Shown: piece by piece, positions 39,342 to 48,454 of the stretch
Layout: the number at the start of each line of letters is the position of its first letter
How positions within the stretch are numbered: position 1 is the stretch's first letter
NCBI RefSeq assembly: GCF_006345805.1
Contig: NC_043022.1
Location: 23,436,001 to 23,500,000 of the forward strand
Source: Octopus sinensis
Taxonomy: Eukaryota
Length of the DNA: 64,000 nucleotides
Reading direction: 5' to 3'
Position numbers and translations under genes: made by a program
The notes under the pieces: model-generated
What the model was told of the DNA's origin: nothing
What the model saw: the letters and a program-made list of their open reading frames with translations, nothing else
The model's database searches: none

Positions 39342-39711
39342 CAAAGAAATTCCAACTCTGTTTTTTATGTTTTATTTATATTCTTTATAATATTAATGTA
39401 GAACATATAGTATAAATAATATATATATATAGTAAAATGAAATGAATTGAAGTGTTGATTGTCTTTTTGAATAGATGAAATGTTGAACATAAAATATTAG
39501 GGGACTAATATTTTATATTCAACATTTCATCTATTCAATGTACTGTATATATAATATATATATTATTTATACTATATACTCTATATATATTATTTATACT
39601 ATGTATTCTATATTCTACATTAATATTATAAAGACTATAAATAAAACATAAAAAACAGAGTTGGAATTTCTTTGAATAATATATATACCCCTATACACAA
39701 TCATACAAACC

Positions 39712-39757
<46 letters not shown>

Positions 39758-42700
39758 TACATAGTGAGAAATTACAAAAAAAGAACAAAAGACGAAGACG
39801 GGTGTGTAAACAACAAACAGATATATTAGTTTAACGCTTGGGAAGTGAGAAAGTCTTTTACATTTCGAGCCTATGCTCTTCGTGACACAGAAATAAACAG
39901 GGGGAGAAAATAGAAAAAGGTTTAGTGGCTAGCGATCTATTTATACATATATACACATGTGTGTTTGTGTGTATATATATATATACATACACACATGTTC
40001 TTTTATTCTTTTACTTGTTTCAGTCATTTGACTGCAGCCATACTGGAGCATTACCTCCAGTATGGCTGCAGACACGCACACACACATATATATGCATATC
40101 TATATATAAATATATATATATATTTATATACACTGGGGGACTGGCCTGGTTTCCTGCTTTCCCAATGGCAAGTGGGCCCCTGCGCCATTATAGTCCACCA
40201 TACTGCAGTCCCGTGACTTTGCCATATCCCTGACAGGGTGGTTGGACAGGTGCTGTCCAACCACCTTGCCAGGGTATGGGTGTCTCTCCATGGGATATTT
40301 TCAAGATATTTGCATATCCATTAACTGAAGTTTATTTCTTATCACTGCCTTGCACTGATACTACTGTATATTTGTGTGTGTAAAAGCAGAAGTTCCAGTA
40401 AATGGATATAAGAATGTTATATAGTAATGTGATGCTGCGGAGGATGTAGAGGGGTGGTTATGTGAATATGATGTCAGAGTATGGTGTTGAGATGTAATGG
40501 TGAATTGATATCATGAGTGGTGTTTCAGAATTGATGTATGTAATATGATGTCGGGATATGACTGTTTGATATTTCAGGCATTTTCAAGTCGATGACAAAA
40601 ACGACCCAGAGACTGCTGCCATGCTGTTCAGTGTACCAGATTTTGTTGGAGATGCCTGTAAAGCCATAGCTTCTCGGATTCGAGGTGCCGTAGCTGGTGT
40701 GAAATTTGATGATTTTCACAAGGTTAGACATTTTCGAACCTTATTTCTTCTTCTCATTCTTGTGAATAGTAGCAACCATCACTATTTCAGAATCATCATC
40801 ATCGTTTAATGTCCATTTTCTATGCTAGCATGGGTTGGACGGTTCGACCAGGGTCTGGGAAGCCAGGAGGCTGCACCAGGCTCCAGTTTGATCTGGCAGT
40901 GTTTCTACAGCTGGATGCCCTTCCTAACGCCAACCACTCCGTGAGTGTAGTGGGTGCTTTTTACGTGCCACCAGCACAGGTGCCAGGGGAGGCTGGCAGC
41001 GGCCATGATCGGTTGGTGCTTTTTATGTGCCACTGGCACAGAAGCCAGTTAATGCGGTGCTGGCATCGGCCACATTCAGATGGTGCTTTTTACATGCCAC
41101 CAGCACAGGAGCCAGTCAAGGCAGCACTGGCATTGGCCATGTTCGTATGGTGCTTTTTACGTGCCACTGGCATAGGTATCACAACTACTATTTCCATTTG
41201 ATATTTATTTTGATGTTGATATTAGTATTGGAAGTTCACATGTTTTTCTTAGTAAACTCACATAGTGCTGGTAGTTGGCCTCCTTCTGATGATAATGCTG
41301 GATAGTAGATGGTTTTTAAATGTCTATATATAGGGGTTGGACAAAATAATGGAAACACCTAGCATCAAAGCATCATAATTTTTAAATACTCTTTACTCTT
41401 TTACTTGTTTCAGTCATTTGACTGCAGCCATGCTGGAGCACCACCTTTAGTCGAGCAAATCAACCCTAGGATTTATTCTTTGGAAGCCTAGTACTTATTC
41501 TATCGGTCTATATTGCCAAACTGCTAAGTTACGGGTACATAAACACACCAGCATCGGTTGTCAAGAGATGTTGGGGCAAACACAGACACACAAACATATA
41601 CACACGCACACATACACATATATATGACGGGCTTCTTTCAGTTTTCGTCTACCAAATCCACTCACAAGGAAGAAGCCTGTCGTATGTGTATTTGTGTCTG
41701 TTTGTCCCCCACCACTACTTGACAACTGGTGCTGGTGTATTTATGTTCCCATAACTTAGCAGTTTGGTAACAGTTCCAAGTTTTAAAAAAATAATAATAA
41801 AAGTTCATGGGCTGATTCATTTGATTAAAATTCTTCAAGGCAGTGCCCCAGCATGGCTGTAGTCAATTGACTGAAACAAGTAAAAGACTCAAAGAATATA
41901 TATACACACACATTTATAACTTTCTTTGTTTCTGCTTCAGAACTCTGCCAAAATCATTCGTGCCTCTGTTTTCGGCGTCACTGAAAATGCAAAAGTGCGT
42001 GAGCACTTCCTTTTCCCACAGAACAACCTTGTCATTACAAACATTGATATCCAGTCTGTTGAACCTGTTGACCAGCGTACACGTGATGCCCTCCAGAAAT
42101 CTGTCCAACTTGCCATTGAGATCACCACCAACTCTCAAGAAGCTAATGCTAGGTTTGTTTCATTGAACAACTTTTATTTAATCCTTCGTTCAACCTGATT
42201 TATCTCTCTATATATAAACGGCAAAATGTCTGCGTGTGTGTCCTTTATACAAATCCACAATTTTTTAGTTAGAGAGCTCGCACTTTCTATGGTCATTCAA
42301 AACCGTCCAAGGGTGGTCATGCACATCTTTACATTTCCCCAGTCACCCCGCAAAGCCATTAAAAAATCAATAGAAGTGACTTTTTTGTGAATTTTCTATC
42401 CAAAACCCAATCAAAATGCCTGAAACTTGATACGCCAATTGAATGCCAGCTAGCTGTATGTGATTGGTCGGAGATTTGGACAGCACTCGTGTGTATGTAC
42501 ACACGCATGCAGCTGTATATGCATTTACTAGCACTATAACTAAAGAGTGTTCCAATTTATTATTATTACTACACCTGTTGTTTGATGGTAATTATTGTAT
42601 TATTCAACTTGTTCCTGTGATTTGTATAACTCTTTTACTTGTTTCAGTTATTTGACCGTGGCCATGCTGGAGCACCACCTTTAGCCGAGTCAAACGACCC

Positions 42701-42813
42701 CAGGACTTATTCTTTGTAAGCCTAGTACTTATTCTATCGGTCTCTTTTGCCGAACTGCTAAGTTACGGGGACGTAAACACACCAGCATTGGTTGTCAAGC
42801 GATGTTAGAGGGA

Positions 42814-42850
<37 letters not shown>

Positions 42851-45800
42851 GACGGGCTTCTTTTCAGTTTCCATCTACCAAATCCACTCACAAGGCTTTG
42901 GTCAGCCCGAGGCTATAGTAGAGGCCATTTGCTCAAGGTGCCACACAGTGGAACTGAACCCAGAAGGATGTGGTTGGTAAGCAAGCTACTTACCACACAG
43001 CCACTCTTATGAAAGAAGGTAATAACTTGAATGGCAAAAGATATATATATATATAGTTGGAATTTACAGAAAACAAAAGATGAAGAGAGGTGTATGAACA
43101 ACAAACAGATGTATTTGTTTGACGCTTGGAAAAGTGAGAAAGTCTTTTATATTTTGAGCCTATGCTCTTTAACAGAAAGAAATAAGAGAAAATTAATAGA
43201 GAGAATAAAAAAAACTTGTGGATTTTGTGGTCAAGCATGTATGTGTGGTAAGTAGCTTGCTAACCAACCACATGGTTGCGGGTTCAGTCCCACTGCATGG
43301 CATCTTGGGCAAGTGTCTTCTGCTATAGCCCCGGGCCGACCAATGCCTTGTGAGTGGATTTGGTAGACGGAAACTGAAAGAAGCCTGTCGTATATATGTA
43401 TATATATATATATGTGTGTGTGTTTGTCCCCCTAGCATTGCTTGACAACCGATGCTGGTGTGTTTACGTCCCCGTCACTTAGCGGTTCGGCAAAAGAGAC
43501 TGATAGAATAAGTACTGGGCTTGCAAAGAATAAGTCTCGGGGTCGATTTGCTCGACTTAAAGGCGGTGCTCCAGCATGGCCACAGTCAAATGACTGAAAC
43601 AAGTAAAAGAGTATATATAAATATATATATATATATCATCATCATCATCATCGTTTAATGTTTGTTTTCTATGCTGGCATGGGTTGGACAGTTTGACTTG
43701 TACTTATTTTATCGACCCCAAAGGGCAAAGTCAACCTTATTGGAATTGTGGAATTTGAACTCGGAAAGCAAAGATGACTGAAATATCATTAAGCATTTTT
43801 CCTTGTGTGCTAACAATCCTGCCAGTTCACCACCTTAAATATATGTATGTGTGTGTATATATATATATATGTGTGTATTATGTCAAGTCAGTCTTCCTAA
43901 TATATCACACAAAATGTAAATTTGCAGACATGTGGCTGAACGTCTTGAACAAGAAGCCAAAGGAAACATGGAAAAACAGAAACTAAATGATGAGGCAACA
44001 GCTGAAGTGGCCCGAAGTGAACTTCTGGAACTGAAAGCTAAAAGTGCAGCTGTTGAGAGCACTGGTCAAGCGAAAGCAGAAGCCCAGTCACGAGCAGAAG
44101 CTGCTCGTATTGAGGGTGAAGCTGCTGTTGAACAAGCGAAATTGAAGACAGCTGCCGAGAAAATAGAATCGGTAAGTATTACACCTATTACATATCATCC
44201 TCATCATCGTTGCTTTTTAACCCTTTAGCATTTAAACCGGCCATATCCGGCCAAAAATATTCTACCTGTTTTATGTTCAAACTGGCCAGATCTGGTCTCT
44301 CACACCAACCCTACAATATCGTTTTAAAAATTAACAGCTACCTCATCAAAATCTCAAAGCTACAAGATAATGCCTGATTAATTCAATGTGGATGAAAAAG
44401 GATTCATTTTGGCAGAATAATGTGAACACTAAAGGGTTAACATCTACTTTTCCCATGAATTTATTAAGGTGGAGTTTCCACAGCTGGATGCCCTTCCTGA
44501 CGCTAACCATCACAGTTCTATATTTAAGAGATGAGGAATTATGTACATTGTTTACAGTATTTACAATTGACGGGCATATGGCGTAGTGGTTAAGAGCGCT
44601 GGCTACTAACCCCAAGATTCTGAGTTTGATTCCAGGCAGTGACCTGAATAATAATGATAATAATAACAACAACATTGAAAAATACCTTAGGAATGAGAAC
44701 CCAGGTTCAAAATTTCCCCAAGACACTTGAAGACACTTTTCAGCTCACCTTCATACACATGAAATGCAATGCTGAAACTAAGACATAACTACGAAGGGAA
44801 TATGATTTACAAGATGCATTCCAGAAGTTTTCTGATGTATATAATTATATGTTGTCATATGGCAGTGTGGTTAAGACATCTTGGGCAAATGCATTCTAGG
44901 ATATAGTCTCAAGTTGGTCAAAGCTTTGTGAATATAATTTGGTTGAGAGAAAATTATGGAGAAGTCTGTCAAAGGGGCAGTCCCTGTTTTTGGGTGGTGA
45001 ACTTAATCTGTCATCCTGTTTAACATCAGCACATGGTTATGAGGTATTTTATTGGAGTCAACTCTGTTGCAAACAGATTTCTGGTTTGAGGATAATTGCT
45101 TCCCTTCCTTCTACCAATCTCAGAGGCTCAGAAAGGGCCACAAATGCTGTCTTTCCTTCTGCCAGTCTCAAAAGTGCAAAAAAAAAAACAAAAAAAAACA
45201 AAACAATAATGGATACTTCTCTTTCCTCCTCTAAGCTATTAAAAAAATTATTCATAGTTCAATCTAAAAGCTCTATTTATTGTTCATCTCATTATCTTTA
45301 ACTACAGAAAGCAGTTTTATATACCAGTCTTTTGTTGGGGAATGTCATATTTGAAACTATTTTCTTCCTGTAGTAAAGATTGTTTGCCAACATAACATGG
45401 CAGTCCTGGTTTAGGACTAATGTTGCTGTAATTTAGCTCCAGGAGACATCATCTGGCTATACGACACAATCTGTGTCCTTATTTCTTTTAACAAGGTAAT
45501 CTAGTACCCCCACTCAGCTCAAAACAATATTTGTGTATCACAATTCCTGGGTTATTTCCCTTCATCAGCACAGAATAATTGTTTGGCTAATTCCTGTTTG
45601 AAATATATAGTTTTCAAAGTGACAACTGGTCACTGATTTATAAATCGGCTAATTCCCATTCGAAATATATAGTTTTCAAAGTGACAACTAGTCACTGATT
45701 TATAAATTAGAAAATTACTATTTTCAAATAGTAATTACTAGATCCCCTTGTTCGAAAATATAAGGACACAGATTGTGTCGTATAGCCAGCTGGAGACGAT

Positions 45801-46983
45801 GTCTCCTGGGGCTAAATTATAGCAAGATTAGTTCTAAGCTAGGACTGCCATGTTATATTGGCAAACAATCTTTACTACAAAGTACTGTTGCTGAATATCT
45901 CATTTGAGATTTAAAAATTGTAATTTTCTATTTTCTTCTTCTCGCTCTTTTTTTCTCTTTCTCTCTCTGGGTAACCATGTATAGCAAGACACCTGTTTCT
46001 GTCAAACTCAAACCTTTCATCATCTGACACAAGGTCACCGCCTCCAATGCCCCACCTCTCCTCTCAAAAATTCCTTGTCTGCTACATAAAAGGCATCCAG
46101 TCCACACTGTAAAGTGGTTGATATTTGAAAGGGCATCCAGCTGTAAAAACCATGCCAGAACTGACCTTGTCTGTGCTGGTGCCATGTAAAAAGCACTCAG
46201 TCTACTTTACAGGGTGGTTGGTGTTAGGAAGGGCATCAAGCTGTAAAAACCATGCCAAAACACATACAAAAGTCTGGCGCAGTCTTCTGTCTGGCTGGTT
46301 CCTGTCAAACTGTCCAACCCATGCCAGCATGGGAGATGGACGTTAAATGATGATGATATGTCAAGTTTATTGAGGGAAATGTGATTTTCAGAAAACACCA
46401 ATTCTATTTTCAGGTAGATATTTGATATCATTACTGGAATAACCATGAAATTTCATTTCACAGTTAAGGGGTCAAAGGGATTTTTTATTATATCTGTTAG
46501 AAGAGGGAGCTTTTTGTATGTTCATAATGTCTTTGATGGAGTTGAACTCTTAACCTAAATTTCTTATAAAATCAATTTGTTAAGTATGGTATATGATATT
46601 CATTGTTTTATATTATTTTTTCCTTAAAGGAGGCAAAACTGGCCCAAATCACTCAAGCCCGCAATGCAGAACTGAAGTACATTGCTGAGAAGAATTCACT
46701 CGAGGTTAACAAGACCACCGAGATGGGTGATATTCAAATAAAGATGTTTGAGCGTATGATCGAGAGTCTTGGTACTGAAACTCTGAGAGCAATTGCCGTG
46801 TCTGGACAGGAGAGCCAGATGAAACTGCTCCAATCTCTTGGTATCAAGTCTACATTGATTACAGATGGAAGCACTCCAATCAACCTCTTTAATTTGGCTC
46901 AAGGCATGGTTGGAGGTTTCATCAACAATGGCCAAGAAAGACCTTATGATGCCAGCGTTGTATCACAGCGTGAATCAGAATAG
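18087..46983 (+). CDS. MVP: Major vault protein, complete spliced CDS: join(18087..18247,20158..20353,21746..21869,22636..22862,23896..24021,24701..24811,27143..27265,28147..28299,36192..36433,38936..39133,40578..40722,41941..42152,43928..44171,46630..46983); 871 aa
   Basis: Manual splicing gives one open frame of 2616 nt with all introns GT..AG. Hallmark motifs in the correct order: [57 protein letters not shown] repeats, [149 protein letters not shown]. Confidence 0.98.
18640..19600. repeat. Diverged minisatellite of about 37 bp (actgtccatacctccag..cacatcacatcta), split by a MITE
   Basis: catacctcca.. units recur at 18650-19075 and 19499-19600. Confidence 0.7.
19086..19498. mobile_element. 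MITE family M (413 bp), TIR GGATCTTTTCGGTTTGAACGGCAGTTTTT, 8-bp TSD
   Basis: TSD ctgttcat at 19078-19085 and 19499-19506. GG termini plus an 8-bp TSD fit the Merlin superfamily (hAT is the alternative). Confidence 0.9.
19731..19948 (-). mobile_element. tRNA-headed SINE-like element ending in a Penelope-type tail with a hammerhead ribozyme motif
   Basis: Minus strand: A-box TGGCATAGTGG, B-box GAGTTCGATTCC, then GACAC-CTGATGA-A-AGCTG-(10 nt)-CAGCT-GAA-ATGT-T-GTGTT at 19782-19827. Confidence 0.75.
20158..20353 (+). CDS. MVP: MVP coding exon 2
   Basis: [23 protein letters not shown]...[22 protein letters not shown]; ctctcag acceptor, GTAAAG donor. Confidence 0.97.
21176..21529 (-). mobile_element. 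Two tandem 174-bp Penelope-type terminal repeats, each with a minimal type-I hammerhead ribozyme
   Basis: Direct repeat from 21181 to 21355, set between (TA)n tracts. Hammerhead motifs at 21265-21299 and 21439-21473. Confidence 0.8.
21439..21473 (-). ncRNA. Minimal type-I hammerhead ribozyme with a canonical core
   Basis: Minus strand GTTT-CTGACGA-A-GAGC-TCT-GCTC-GAA-AC-GT-T-AAAC: stem I GUUU/AAAC, stem II GAGC/GCUC, palindromic stem III AACGUU. Activity is untested. Confidence 0.72.
21746..21869 (+). CDS. MVP: MVP coding exon 3
   Basis: [41 protein letters not shown]; AG/GT boundaries; phase 1. Confidence 0.96.
22028..22316 (+). mobile_element. SINE family C (V-SINE-like core TGCGA.GGACTGGCGTCCC.TCCAG)
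   Basis: tRNA-like head plus core. Related copies at 38476-38780, 59180-59481 and 63410-63709. Confidence 0.85.
22636..22862 (+). CDS. MVP: MVP coding exon 4
   Basis: GTYIPRKEV...[12 protein letters not shown]...[22 protein letters not shown]...YILTET; GTAAGA donor. Confidence 0.97.
22965..23340 (+). mobile_element. tRNA-derived CORE-like SINE family F
   Basis: Head GAAGGCACATG..AGTGGTTAGAGCA..GAGTTCAATTCC; core CAAGACATTTTATTTCATGTTGCT. Other copies at 20790-21060(-), 28938-29765, 34160-34320(-), 48470-48590(-), 51240-51390(-). Confidence 0.75.
23510..23715 (-). mobile_element. RTE-clade LINE ORF2 C-terminus plus short 3' UTR (a second RTE family)
   Basis: 23715 to 23551 translates as [49 protein letters not shown], matching the RTE C-terminal W.P...R..GRPP.RW...W...A..R..W pattern. 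Confidence 0.8.
23896..24021 (+). CDS. MVP: MVP coding exon 5
   Basis: [42 protein letters not shown]; tttctag acceptor, GTATGT donor. Absent from the ORF track because it is short and has no ATG. Confidence 0.96.
24701..24811 (+). CDS. MVP: MVP coding exon 6
   Basis: [37 protein letters not shown]; GTGAGC donor. Confidence 0.96.
25522..25910. mobile_element. piggyBac-like MITE with two internal 168-bp units
   Basis: TTAA at 25518-25521 and 25911-25914; right end ATCAAAAGGG; left end degenerate. Confidence 0.7.
26089..26798. mobile_element. piggyBac-like MITE with four internal units of about 168 bp
   Basis: TTAA|CCCCTTTGCTAC...GTATCAAAAGGG|TTAA. Units start at 26101, 26269, 26437 and 26590. 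Confidence 0.85.
27143..27265 (+). CDS. MVP: MVP coding exon 7
   Basis: [41 protein letters not shown]; GTAAGT donor. Confidence 0.95.
27427..27866. mobile_element. Probable pogo/Tigger-like DNA transposon fragment
   Basis: The right end gactatactcgaggatttacggta resembles TACCGTAAA.CCTCGAGTATA-type TIRs. The left TIR was not found. Confidence 0.4.
28147..28299 (+). CDS. MVP: MVP coding exon 8
   Basis: [51 protein letters not shown]; GTAGGT donor. Confidence 0.96.
28320..28800. repeat. Degenerate (TGTG/TATGCA) microsatellite
   Basis: Seen directly; source of the His/Thr- and Cys/Val-rich spurious ORFs. Confidence 0.9.
29176..29683 (+). mobile_element. 5'-truncated CR1-clade LINE 3' end with (TTAAC)n tail, inserted into a family-F SINE
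   Basis: [50 protein letters not shown]...[30 protein letters not shown]. The host SINE resumes at gcacgttaatttc. Confidence 0.9.
30069..32322. mobile_element. MITE family M copy interrupted by an RTE insertion
   Basis: TIRs at both ends and a perfect TSD caaaatat at 30061-30068 and 32323-32330. MITE halves are 30069-30378 and 32225-32322. Confidence 0.92.
30379..32224 (-). mobile_element. 5'-truncated RTE LINE (family D): last 29 codons of ORF2 plus an internally duplicated 3' UTR of about 1.75 kb
   Basis: 32219 to 32130 reads [29 protein letters not shown]. (ATG)n tail at 30379-30394. Confidence 0.88.
35068..35451 (+). mobile_element. SINE family A, full length
   Basis: GGCGCAGGAGTGGCTGTGTGG head and AAAAGAGTAAAGAGT tail. 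Confidence 0.92.
36192..36433 (+). CDS. MVP: MVP coding exon 9
   Basis: [30 protein letters not shown]...DPLAERG...[21 protein letters not shown]; phase 2. Confidence 0.97.
38476..38780 (-). mobile_element. SINE family C with 12-bp TSD
   Basis: TSD cccagtaacttt at 38464-38475 and 38781-38792. Confidence 0.92.
38936..39133 (+). CDS. MVP: MVP coding exon 10
   Basis: [65 protein letters not shown]; GTGAGT donor. Confidence 0.98.
39335..39681. mobile_element. Foldback (near fully palindromic) element of 347 bp in MVP intron 10
   Basis: Outer arms tattattcaaagaaattccaactctg... / ...cagagttggaatttctttgaataata. The central 33-bp arms (39468-39500 and 39505-39537) have one mismatch and a 4-nt loop. 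Confidence 0.9.
39762..39940 (-). mobile_element. Penelope-type tail with a degenerate hammerhead relic (third family); second copy at about 43035-43215
   Basis: Minus strand ...CGA-A-GAGC-ATAG-GCTC-GAAATGT-A-AAAGAC at 39853-39890, and TCTTT-CTGTTAA-A-GAGC-ATAG-GCTC-AAAATAT-A-AAAGA at 43142-43180. Both cores are mutated. Confidence 0.55.
40578..40722 (+). CDS. MVP: MVP coding exon 11 (SPFH-like shoulder domain)
   Basis: [48 protein letters not shown]. Confidence 0.98.
41391..41890. mobile_element. Two abutting family-A SINE halves in inverted orientation (41391-41669 minus, 41670-41890 plus)
   Basis: gacgggcttctt (41626-41637) pairs with aagaagcctgtc (41670-41681), and pairing extends to both tails. 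Confidence 0.85.
41941..42152 (+). CDS. MVP: MVP coding exon 12
   Basis: [12 protein letters not shown]...[46 protein letters not shown]; phase 2. Confidence 0.98.
42203..42540 (+). mobile_element. Helitron-like family H2 copy, 3'-truncated
   Basis: A|TC start; high similarity to 1391-1715. Confidence 0.8.
42629..43006 (-). mobile_element. SINE family A
   Basis: Full head and tail on the minus strand. Confidence 0.9.
43242..43612 (+). mobile_element. SINE family A
   Basis: Head-to-head with 42629-43006, 235 nt apart. Confidence 0.9.
43928..44171 (+). CDS. MVP: MVP coding exon 13 (cap helix)
   Basis: [22 protein letters not shown]...[35 protein letters not shown]...IES; GTAAGT donor. Confidence 0.97.
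44221..44436. mobile_element. piggyBac-like MITE (216 bp), second TTAA family; another copy at 59962-60171
   Basis: TTAA|CCCTTTAG...CTAAAGGG|TTAA. The second copy is TTAA|CCCTTTAGC...GCGAAAGGG|TTAA. Confidence 0.88.
44512..44733 (+). mobile_element. tRNA-headed/Penelope-tail SINE copy preceded by an inverted tail fragment; hammerhead truncated
   Basis: 44512-44569 is the reverse complement of the family tail. A-box TGGCGTAGTGG at 44579, B-box GAGTTTGATTCC at 44622. The copy ends at GACAC-TTGAAGA (44733). Confidence 0.75.
45369..45879. mobile_element. Foldback MITE with about 140-bp TIRs and an internal duplication of about 60 bp
   Basis: tgtagtaaagattgtttgccaa...ctagta (45369-45510) is the inverse of tactag...ttggcaaacaatctttactaca (45737-45879). 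Confidence 0.85.
46630..46983 (+). CDS. MVP: MVP coding exon 14 (terminal, TAG stop)
   Basis: [15 protein letters not shown]...[42 protein letters not shown]...SESE*. Confidence 0.97.
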   Translation, partial: EAKLAQITQARNAELKYIAEKNSLEVNKTTEMGDIQIKMFERMIESLGTETLRAIAVSGQESQMKLLQSLGIKSTLITDGSTPINLFNLAQGMVGGFINNGQERPYDASVVSQRESE

Positions 46984-47504
46984 ACAACAAGATGTCTTGG
47001 ATGAGACATATTTTCCCATTTGTTTTTCTTTTTTTATTTGTTTCTATCTCTTCTCATGCTCTTTCATGCTGCATGCAAATATATATATATCATATTTCAT
47101 AATAGATACATACATATATGTAGTACCTTTAATTCCTGTCATATCATATCTACATACTTGTATCCTGGAATTTAGAGAAAGCTGTTTTCAGACTTCCATT
47201 GTAGTTTCTCAAGCAAAAGACAAACCTTGAAACCATGGTGCTGAAGTAACTACAGGCAATATATATATATATATGTATATATATAATGCTCTACAAGACT
47301 GCAAGTGCCTATTGAGTAATTTGTTCTTACTACATACTACATTGATTACAATATATATATATATATATATATAATATATGTAGGAATTTAAAAAAATTTT
47401 TACTGCTGCTATGTATAGAACCTTTCTTTACCTATCATGGCATTGTATACACACTTCTAATTATTCCTTATAATATTTAATATTATTGCAGTATTATTCA
47501 TATC

Positions 47505-47510
47505 AATAAA
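47505..47510 (+). terminator. Probable MVP polyadenylation signal
   Basis: AATAAA about 520 nt after the stop codon, followed by a GU/U-rich stretch (gttgctgtgtcttgttcattt) at about 47523-47545. Confidence 0.6.
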
Positions 47511-48256
47511 CTTTTTATAGAAGTTGCTGTGTCTTGTTCATTTATTCAAAATGATTTATTTTCCGGTATCCTTCCATATTACAGTTTTAAAGAAAGTGGC
47601 AAGCTAGCAGAGTCATTAGCATGTCATACAAAAATAGGCACTGGCGTGCCTATGTGGTAAGAATATTGCTTCCCAACCATATGGTTCTGGGTTCAGCCCC
47701 ACAGCATGGAACCATAGGTAAATATCTTCTACTATAGCCTCAGGTTGTGGATTTTGTGGGTGAAAGCTGAAAGAAGCCCATCATATACTATATATATGTG
47801 TGTGTCTTTGTGTCTGTGTCCACTACCCCACTGTGTGACAACTGGTGTTGGTGTGTTTACATCCCCATAACTTAGTGGATCAGCAAAAGAGATTGAATGA
47901 AATAAGTACCAGTCTTGTGGGCAATAAAGAAATAAGAAATGGCAGCCATTCATCCCAGCTCACAACATTATCATCATCATTAAATGTCTGTTGTCCATGC
48001 TGGCATGGGTTGGATGGTTTGACCAGGGCTGGTGAGCTGGAAGGTTGCACCAGACTCCAATCCGATTTGGCATGGTTTTCTATGGCTGCATGCCCTTCCT
48101 AATGCCAACCGCTCTGAGAGTGTAATGGGTGCTTTTACATGCCACCACCCATGCCGATAAATAAATGGCACACAGCCACTGATTTTGCAACAAGCAAAGT
48201 TGCAAGATGTAAGTAGTAACTCTACTGAAAATTAATGGTTGTTCTGCATAAAACAG

Positions 48257-48454
48257 TATTACTACTCCTTTTAACCCCAGGAGGATACTTCCTCCAGCTG
48301 GTTAATGCTGCAATATCTGTATCTGATATCTTGCTGGTCCTGTTGCCTGTTAGATCAGAGCTGTTCACTCCCTTGTTTGCAATATTTCGGACAGATATTG
48401 TGTTGTTAACCAGCTGGAGAAGGTGTCTACTTTGGGTTAAAAAGAGTAGTAATA
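48257..48454. mobile_element. MITE with about 50-bp TIRs
   Basis: tattactactc.ttttaaccc...ctccagctggttaa / ttaaccagctggag...gggttaaaaagagtagtaata. Confidence 0.75.
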
